Source: Paraphysomonas bandaiensis (lineage: Eukaryota; Protista; Chrysophyceae). Taken from it: a stretch of DNA of 16,797 nucleotides. The translations under genes and the position numbers were made by a program. Positions within the stretch are counted from its first letter, which is position 1, and every line of letters starts with the position of its first letter. Below, piece by piece: positions 10,021-16,797 of the stretch. The notes below the pieces were generated by a model that was given only the letters and a program-made list of their open reading frames with translations, had not been told where the DNA came from and did not search any database. The stretch covers positions 1-16,797 of the forward strand of contig CBFFRP010000175.1 of NCBI GenBank assembly GCA_965644295.1, in the 5' to 3' direction.

Positions 10021-10436
10021 TGTGGCAGAACGATCTGCCGCTTTAAGCGGAGACATATATGCCGAAGACACCGCCGCAAGTTGTTTGTGTTAGTAGGACA
10101 CAAGTAGATTGAGCAGGAGCGTATGATCCGGCTTTTAAACACGCAACTCGTCGTATGCCCATGTCGTGTTGTAGTGTTGCATGCAATAGTAACTAGACGA
10201 GAGTACTGCTATGCTTAGTGTCGCGCGAGTTGTTTTTAGGTTGGTCGCGGCACCGCACAAGAAGCTTCTGCTTCTTAATAATCACATTTTTCAATATATG
10301 TCTATACATTACAATATATATATATCAGAATGATTGATTGCGTATATAGAATACATGATGCAGAATAAAAGACTGCCACTATAAGAAAAAGCGTAGTGTT
10401 CAGAAAAGGCACGTCGCAAGCATTTAACCTGCCACA
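10021..10436 (+). mobile_element. Candidate LTR, 416 bp
   Basis: Inverted termini TGTGGCAG...CTGCCACA, with a TA run near 10313-10325 and AATAAA at 10364-10369 in U3-R-U5 order. There is no partner LTR, no TSD and no TGG primer-binding site directly downstream on +. Confidence 0.45.
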
Positions 10437-11457
10437 ACTAGCTAGTAGTAGAATAGCATGATGAGCTCTGTCTAATTCTAAGTCCACTTTAAGAAAGAGT
10501 CGCCGGAAGAAAGTGATATGAAGAGCTCTGAGGAAGTATTGCCTGCACATGCATTGATGATGGGCACTATTCAGAGTGCAGGAAAACAACTTCGTCAAGT
10601 CGAAAGATGAGACCTTGAAGCAAATATCGAGCAGGAAGCACTCCTACACAGAAAGTCTTTTACTGGAACAGGTTCTGATGGCTTGTGATCGTGACAACTT
10701 CAAAGCTGAAGCCCAGCGCCTCGAGCTTTTTAGTGTAAAGCCGTGGGCTTTTATAACACCCTTTTACACGTTTTATGACATCATCATCATAATAATATTG
10801 ATAACTATATTACTGCAATAACGATATGATAACATAATATGTAGGGTATATGTAGCTGGTTTTGTATGAGATTGACAACAAAAGACAGATTATTATTAGG
10901 AGAGTAAGACAGCAGAGACTACTAGGATTTACCCTCGAACACACGTTTTCTTTGGTCTACGCGATAGCTACCCGTCGGTTTACGCCTATATCCATACGGT
11001 AGTCGGTGTCATAGCGTTTTGAGTTAGGAAGCATTGATTGGTACCGCATGTGCGATATTCGTAGTCCATTCATCATTATGAGAAGCTTTCTGATGGTTTT
11101 GAACAGCTCTATGTGCTTGCTCATCGTTCCGGACTATGATATACGATTATTTTCCCATTATCACACACCATCGATTTTCTCCGGAATGGGGAGGAATTCG
11201 TAAGGTGCCATTGGACGCAGATGCAGAGGTGTCATGGGCATGTTAGTGATCTGAATATGAGTGTATTTGTATGGTCCAGTCTAAAGTACACACTCTTGCA
11301 AGGAAATGATATTTAACCGTTCGGTTGTAAGCTTTTGAACCCGATTGCATTTTGTCGGTATTATGCATGAGTTGGCGATTGTGTATTTCACGTTGTCATG
11401 AAATGTGCTTGCAATTTTTGTGGATTCGAATATTGTCATTTTGGGTGTTTGTGGCTC

Positions 11458-11534
11458 GAAAATCGGCGATTTTCTGCAATTCTCAAAAATTGGGGATTTT
11501 TGGGGTTTTGGGACTCAAAAATCGGAGGTTTTTG
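11458..11534 (+). other. Three tandem short stem-loops with GGN triloops in the retroelement leader
   Basis: gaaaatc-GGC-gattttc (11458-11474), caaaaatt-GGG-gatttttg (11484-11502) and caaaaatc-GGA-ggtttttg (11516-11534). Confidence 0.6.
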
Positions 11535-11993
11535 GAAAGGACCTATTTAGGCGTATTTCAGGGCGTTTTTGACTATAAACGATGTAGGATATGAATCGTA
11601 TGTAGTGTAGTACATGTATGAGCATATTGTACGGTTGTGGTTGCATTCAATGTCCTGTGTATGAGGAGGAGTCTTTAGACTAGGGGTCTGTCTTTTGTTT
11701 CGCTTGTAACTTTAGTTTTAATAATAATTCTCTATGAAATTAACATAGTTGGTTGACTGATCTGTCTATTGGGAGCTTTAGATTGCAGGATACAGGGGAG
11801 CTTGTGTTTCTGGCTGTTGGTTTCTTAAAGAGTTATTATTATAGTTTTCTGTTTTGTTGTTTCGATAAACAACCATTTACATATCTTTTCAGTGATCTTA
11901 GGTTGCAAGACCTGAGTTGTTCATAGTAAATTTACTCACGGTAAAACACGTAAGTGAAGATATCATTATTGTAGATTATAGATATATATCGAA

Positions 11994-13463
11994 ATGTCTG
12001 ATTCGGAGGGTCCTGTTGGTTCATCTGAGTTAGATGAAGTTAAGGAAATGTTACGGGGAATTGCTCTCAATTTGGAGAACGTCACTAAGTTGTGTGTAGC
12101 AACTGCCAGTAGGGTAGATAATCTGGAGTCCAGAATGTCTATTAATGAAGAAGTTTTAGTTAATGAGCTGGAGGAAGCTCAGAAGGAAGTAGATGAGGCC
12201 ATCCGTGACCAGCGTGAAGAGCAGCAGGGACATACCAGAGAGAGTGGCAGGGCTGCCGACGACAAAGGCAAGAAGAAAGAGCGAAGGACATCTGTATTCA
12301 TGAGGGAGGCTGAGTCTTCAGAGGGAATGGAGGTTCCAAAGCATGTCATCATCAATGTTGAAAAGCCATCCCATAAGCATATTTTTCTGGATTCGATGGA
12401 GCTTAGTGATTTTACAAAGTTTATCATCCAATGGTTTGAATATGAACAGATCAATGGGATTAAGCTTGAGCCAGCCCAGATAGTTAGCAGGCGTGTTCGG
12501 AACCTGCTTATGTTCAACAATAGCTTGACGGATAAAATGTTTGTTAAGTTGAGTGCTCAGAAATTCTGTGAGCTGATGGCTAAGGAGACCAAGGTGTTGT
12601 CCAAAGTGGAGTTCATTGAGACTTTGCGATACGCGCTGAGATATTTTAAGCCACTGGATTGGAAATCAGTGCGGCCGAATACACATGAGCTGTTTTTTCA
12701 AGAGATTTTGAAGCGAAAGAGTATTTTTATGCGTACGTTTACTATCATGATGGAGGCCAATAGTACTAAGTGTCCGCCGGTTGGAGGAAAAGAGTTTGGA
12801 TCGGCTCAAGTATTTTTGGAGTTGATCGACGAGTCTTACAACAAACGAGTTCTGGCTGAGATTCCAAGGGTGACGGATACTAATTATGGTAATGTTGAAG
12901 AGTTTCTGGATACATACGTTTCCAAGGCGAGTGAGCATTATGAGGCGTCCAAGAACATCAGATTGGTGCCTTATGAAGGGTCCGATTTCAGTAGGAAGCA
13001 AATTCAAAGGAGTTCGAGGAATCGGGACAATGGATACGTTGCAAAGGAGAAACCGAAATCTTTAAACAACGTGCAGTTTGCGGACCGAGTTGAGGATGAT
13101 TTCTACAGTGATTTAGATGACAAGGAGGTTGACCCGATAGTTGTGGTCAAGGATGACGGGATGTCAGATGATGATTTCGAGAATGAGGTTGAGGAGATGT
13201 TGCTCGGCGAACCAGAGTCTGATAAGGAAGCTATAGAACAGGTGATGAACCTGGAGAAGACTGTTAATCCAACCCGTGGTTGCGTTGCGTATGCGTTGTA
13301 TGGGAACTGCTACAAAGGGAAGGAATGTAAGCATGTCCAGGGTCATAATGGAGCAGTTGCAACGGAAACCCGGAAATGGATGATGAAGAAGCTGTCTCAG
13401 ATGATGGCAGATGATTCCAAAGGGCCGCGAAAGATTTTGCCGAGGCCTGGTGGAGTGACTTGA
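11994..13463 (+). CDS. gag: Gag-like protein of a Ty3/Gypsy-like retroelement, 489 aa
   Basis: Long open frame directly upstream of and in frame with pol. It has a coiled-coil-like N-terminus, a helical core, an acidic linker and a C-terminal Cys/His finger CVAYALYGNCYKGKECKHVQGH (13281-13346). The Gag assignment is mainly positional. Confidence 0.8.
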   Translation: MSDSEGPVGSSELDEVKEMLRGIALNLENVTKLCVATASRVDNLESRMSINEEVLVNELEEAQKEVDEAIRDQREEQQGHTRESGRAADDKGKKKERRTSVFMREAESSEGMEVPKHVIINVEKPSHKHIFLDSMELSDFTKFIIQWFEYEQINGIKLEPAQIVSRRVRNLLMFNNSLTDKMFVKLSAQKFCELMAKETKVLSKVEFIETLRYALRYFKPLDWKSVRPNTHELFFQEILKRKSIFMRTFTIMMEANSTKCPPVGGKEFGSAQVFLELIDESYNKRVLAEIPRVTDTNYGNVEEFLDTYVSKASEHYEASKNIRLVPYEGSDFSRKQIQRSSRNRDNGYVAKEKPKSLNNVQFADRVEDDFYSDLDDKEVDPIVVVKDDGMSDDDFENEVEEMLLGEPESDKEAIEQVMNLEKTVNPTRGCVAYALYGNCYKGKECKHVQGHNGAVATETRKWMMKKLSQMMADDSKGPRKILPRPGGVT

Positions 13464-13466
13464 CAA

Positions 13467-15749
13467 ATGTGCGAGGCTAATGGTTCGCAGGATCACGAAG
13501 AAATATTGTACGGTTTGAATGATCCTGAGACTGTTAGTCGAGTTTTCCTCAGAAATTTGATGAATGTCTGTAATACGCGAGAACGAAAAGACTTGACATT
13601 GGCTCATTCTGGGGGAAGCATTGTATGTGATGATAACTATATAATATCTGTGCGTGGAATATTGTTCGACACTGGAGCCCTAACATCTAACTTCATTTCC
13701 AAGGATTTGTTTGAGACGTTTAGAAATCATGTGTGTGAAAACAAAGTCATAAAAAAAGAAACAGTTATAGGATTTGCCGATAAAACGTCGAGAATGAAGT
13801 GTAGTTTTGTAGTGAAATTAAAATTGAGGTTTGAGAGAGAAGACTCCAAGGGAGAGTTCGTGTTATATGACGGGGATTTCATTGTTGCTGATATGGGTAG
13901 CAACGATATTATTATTGGACTTCCGGCTATCGTTAAGGATCTATGGGATTATTTTCTATTTATGCTTAAAGGAAGGACTATTGAACGAATTGAATCAGAA
14001 GTAAGTTTTATTAAAAGGCGTGAGGACGATGTTACCGAGGATGATTTGTTGTTGAATGCGGTTGAAGAATTATTGCAGCCGTGGTGTGACAGTAGTAGGG
14101 AGGTAGCACCTGAAGAATTGGATGTTCCGGACCCTTCGCAGTTCGGATTTGCCTCAAGTTTTCTTGGAAAGACTAGAGAGGAAGCTTTGAGCGAGTTCGA
14201 GGATATGTTTGGTGAGCACGTGTCTCCAGAGTTCTCAGCAGCGCGACCGGTGCTGGAGTTATTGAGGACTAAGGGAGTAGAGGTATTTGTTCCAGAGCGG
14301 TGGGAAGGTATAAAAGGAGTGGATCCGTTGAACATCAAGTTCGCTGAGAATTTGCCTCCTAGGATCAAGCCGAAGGCAAGACCCGTAAATCCTAGATTAT
14401 ATGAGGATGCGGAGAAGGAGTTTAGGAGACTGTGTGGTTACATCTATGTTCCTAGTAGGTCGCCATGGGCTTCTTGTTTGGTGATCGCGCCAAAAGCCAC
14501 GAAACCTTTTATTAGGATTTGTGGGGATTACGTGCAAATCAACAAGTACATTCCAAGTCCACACTATACAGTTCCTAATGTAAGACATGAGTTGGATCGT
14601 ATTATTGGCTATAAGATATTTATGGACATTGACCTCACGAATGCGTTCCATCAGATCAGGTTGCATGAGAACACATCTGAAAAATTGTCAGTTCAAACAC
14701 CGTGGGGCCAATTTCAGCCTTTATTCCTTCCGGAGGGAGTGTCTCCAGGGATTAGTGTGTTGCAAGAAGCGGTAGTCAAATTGTTTGGAGATCTGGAATG
14801 GGCGCTGTGTATATTTGATAATGTTCTGTTATTGGCACATGATTTTGATGATGCGTATAAGAAGCTGGAGATTTTCCTGGATAGATGCATTGAACATGGA
14901 GTTGTGTTGAAATTTGCAAAGACCTGGTTAGGATTTAGGGAGATCAAGTTTTTTGGCTATTTGGTAAGGCACAATAGTTTCGAGCTCACGGACGATAGGA
15001 AAGAGGCTTTATTGAAGATTCCTTTTCCAGAGAATGGAAATAGATGTAAGAAGATTAGATCTTTGTTGGGTCTGGGAGTATTCTTTGCTCCATTTGTTCA
15101 GAATTACTCAGATTTGGTTAAACATCTTACGGATATGACTAAGAGTAGTTTTAATTGGGAAGAAACGACATGGCAGCACGATTATAGGCAGGAGTTTGAA
15201 AACTATAAGAGTGGTTTGCAACAGTCTTGTGCTTTGTTTTATCCGAATTATGATCTTGAGTGGACACTTAGGACAGATGCCAGTGACTATGGAGTGGCAG
15301 GCATTCTTTTCCAGACTGTTGAGGGAACTGGGTCTAGTCCGATTCAACAGCAAACTATTGCTATCTGTTCCAAGAAATTGTCAGAGCAAGCCTTGAAGTG
15401 GTGTACTATTGAGAAGGAGGGTTTTGGTATATTCTATTCAGTCAAGAAATTTTCGTTTTATCTGAGAGGAAAGAAATTTACAATCGAGACGGACCACAAC
15501 AACCTTGTGTGGATGGAGGCATCAGAAGTTGCGAAGATAATTCGATGGAGAATTTATTTGCAGGATTTTGACTTTTTGATTCGTCATATCCCAGGGAAGA
15601 ACAATGTGGTTGCGGATTGCTTGTCAAGATTGCTGTATTTGTCCGGATTTGTGGACGAAAGTGACGATTTCGACTCAGATGAAGTGAACTTCGTGACACT
15701 GCATAACATCTTTGAAAAAGACGATTTTGAGGACGACGTTCAAGTGTGA
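13467..15749 (+). CDS. pol: Pol polyprotein: aspartic protease, reverse transcriptase and RNase H; no integrase
   Basis: Protease ILFDTGA (DTGA at 13668-13679) and DIIIGLP. RT motifs SPWASCLVIAPK, RICGDYVQIN, DIDLTNAFHQI, TPWGQFQPLFLPEG, IFDNVLL and IKFFGY. RNase H motifs TDASDYGVAGILFQ, TIEKEG, ETDHNNL and HIPGKNNVVADCLSR. The PR-RT-RH order is Ty3/Gypsy type. Confidence 0.95.
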   Translation: MCEANGSQDHEEILYGLNDPETVSRVFLRNLMNVCNTRERKDLTLAHSGGSIVCDDNYIISVRGILFDTGALTSNFISKDLFETFRNHVCENKVIKKETVIGFADKTSRMKCSFVVKLKLRFEREDSKGEFVLYDGDFIVADMGSNDIIIGLPAIVKDLWDYFLFMLKGRTIERIESEVSFIKRREDDVTEDDLLLNAVEELLQPWCDSSREVAPEELDVPDPSQFGFASSFLGKTREEALSEFEDMFGEHVSPEFSAARPVLELLRTKGVEVFVPERWEGIKGVDPLNIKFAENLPPRIKPKARPVNPRLYEDAEKEFRRLCGYIYVPSRSPWASCLVIAPKATKPFIRICGDYVQINKYIPSPHYTVPNVRHELDRIIGYKIFMDIDLTNAFHQIRLHENTSEKLSVQTPWGQFQPLFLPEGVSPGISVLQEAVVKLFGDLEWALCIFDNVLLLAHDFDDAYKKLEIFLDRCIEHGVVLKFAKTWLGFREIKFFGYLVRHNSFELTDDRKEALLKIPFPENGNRCKKIRSLLGLGVFFAPFVQNYSDLVKHLTDMTKSSFNWEETTWQHDYRQEFENYKSGLQQSCALFYPNYDLEWTLRTDASDYGVAGILFQTVEGTGSSPIQQQTIAICSKKLSEQALKWCTIEKEGFGIFYSVKKFSFYLRGKKFTIETDHNNLVWMEASEVAKIIRWRIYLQDFDFLIRHIPGKNNVVADCLSRLLYLSGFVDESDDFDSDEVNFVTLHNIFEKDDFEDDVQV

Positions 15750-15767
15750 CCACAAGTCGGTGTGATC

Positions 15768-15802
15768 ATGAAACCTGGTAAAGTGATTTCACCAGGTTTC
15801 AT
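15768..15802. repeat. Perfect 12-bp inverted repeat just after the pol stop
   Basis: atgaaacctggt (15768-15779), an 11-nt loop, then accaggtttcat (15791-15802). Confidence 0.85.
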
Positions 15803-16153
15803 ATATGCAAAAATGTTGTATATGTACTTATTTGAAGACTAGGGTGAATGATAATTAAAATTTAGTTGTTTGTATATTTTCAATTATAATATATTTTAAA
15901 AATATTTTACTAAAATATTGTATTATATTGTTACTTTTCATATAAATCTACTGTATTACTACTTCTGAAAATCTCGCATCAACGTAACTATATATACACA
16001 TACAACACATGATTAGGTACTATACTACTTTAAATATAATACCATAAATGAAACACAGTGTGGTTTCTAGCTACTTACGGCAGGTTAAAGGTTACATGAA
16101 ATGCCTTTGAAGCACGAAGCTTTCGTAGTAACAGTCCTTTCTTCTGCATCATG

Positions 16154-16693
16154 ACAGACAGACTGATACACACACGTACATCCAAATGCTGCAGAGCTGA
16201 TACCATTCTCAGATGACACTCTTTCTACGTAGTTCAGAGCTGCAGGCTTATGACCACCTTCCAGAAAGGTCACATGATGTATCTTTATGGCAGTGTTTGG
16301 TCACGAGGCTGTAGCACAGAGCCTCTACAGTGGATTGAGGAGAGTGGACTCGTGTGGAGAGGTCCAACAAGTACAAACAGACAAAACAATATACCATCAT
16401 TTGATTGTGCACGTTAGAACACTATGCAACGTCAGTGTCAGTGCATCTGCGATATAGTTGTGGAGAGGATATACTTACATATCGTATCCTTGTCCCCTAT
16501 GGAGGTTCAGCATCTCTCTCACATCCACTGTATGAGGCTCAGTGCTACAGCCTCGTGACCAAACACTGTCATGAAGACCTTCCTGGAAGGCAGTTATAAG
16601 CCTGCAACTCTGAACCACATAGTAAGAAGTGTTATCTGAGACTGGTATCAGCTCTGCGGCATTCGGATGTATGTGTGTGTGTCTGTCTGTCTG
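16154..16693. repeat. Long inverted duplication, arms ~16154-16344 and ~16514-16693, ~170-bp spacer
   Basis: The arms align over ~180-190 nt with scattered substitutions and one ~11-nt indel. cagtgtttggtcacgaggctgtagcac is exactly complementary between them. Confidence 0.93.
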
Positions 16694-16694
16694 T

Positions 16695-16760
16695 GTGCTC
16701 AGGAGGTGTGATCCACACAACAATGAACACCTCATCCGATAAACCACACCTCCTGAGCAC
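16695..16760. repeat. Perfect 16-bp inverted repeat with a 34-nt loop
   Basis: gtgctcaggaggtgtg (16695-16710) and cacacctcctgagcac (16745-16760). Confidence 0.88.
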
Positions 16761-16797
16761 TCCTCACTGTCATCAACAATGTCACAATCTAAGCACC

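Larger units (their letters stand above)
11994..15749 (+). mobile_element. Ty3/Gypsy-like retroelement coding region, lacking integrase and 3' LTR; 5' boundary uncertain (somewhere in 10021-11990)
   Basis: gag-TGA-pol architecture, with an abrupt change to very AT-rich sequence after ~15800. Confidence 0.88.

Noticed and set aside
11040-11056. TGGTACCGCATGTGCG as the primer-binding site of the Gypsy-like element
   Set aside because: It is not directly preceded by an LTR-ending CA with a matching TG start, and I cannot match it to a tRNA without a search.
11497-11512. TTTTGGGG telomere-like repeat
   Set aside because: Fewer than two full units, and it overlaps the hairpin array.
12179-15753. 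Antisense and alternate-frame ORFs inside gag-pol
   Set aside because: Shadow frames of a long coding region with no recognisable motifs.
15768-15802. Rho-independent terminator or Helitron 3' hairpin
   Set aside because: The context is eukaryotic, there is no U-tract, and no CTRR lies at the expected distance on either strand.

Overview
AT-rich eukaryotic genomic DNA with short GT-AG introns of 49-85 nt. It is probably from a microbial eukaryote; a stramenopile is my guess, not something the sequence proves. Two intact spliced host genes lie on the + strand: an N-myristoylated 4-EF-hand calcineurin-B-like protein (4867-5611) and a small N-myristoylated stand-alone DysF-domain protein (7495-8161). 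Around them is a dense field of mobile DNA: a decayed 5'-truncated LINE with RNase H and a CCHC knuckle (minus strand, ~184-2259), a hAT MITE with a perfect 8-bp TSD (5823-5977), an internally deleted hAT transposon (8444-9907), a candidate LTR (10021-10436), and two long inverted duplications. The most unusual object is a Ty3/Gypsy-like retroelement (11994-15749) with open gag and pol frames. It has a CCCH-type rather than CCHC zinc finger in Gag, one in-frame TGA-CAA between gag and pol, an RT catalytic motif reading IFDN instead of YxDD, three GGN-loop hairpins in its leader, and no integrase or 3' LTR. All calls come from reading the sequence by eye; no searches were run.
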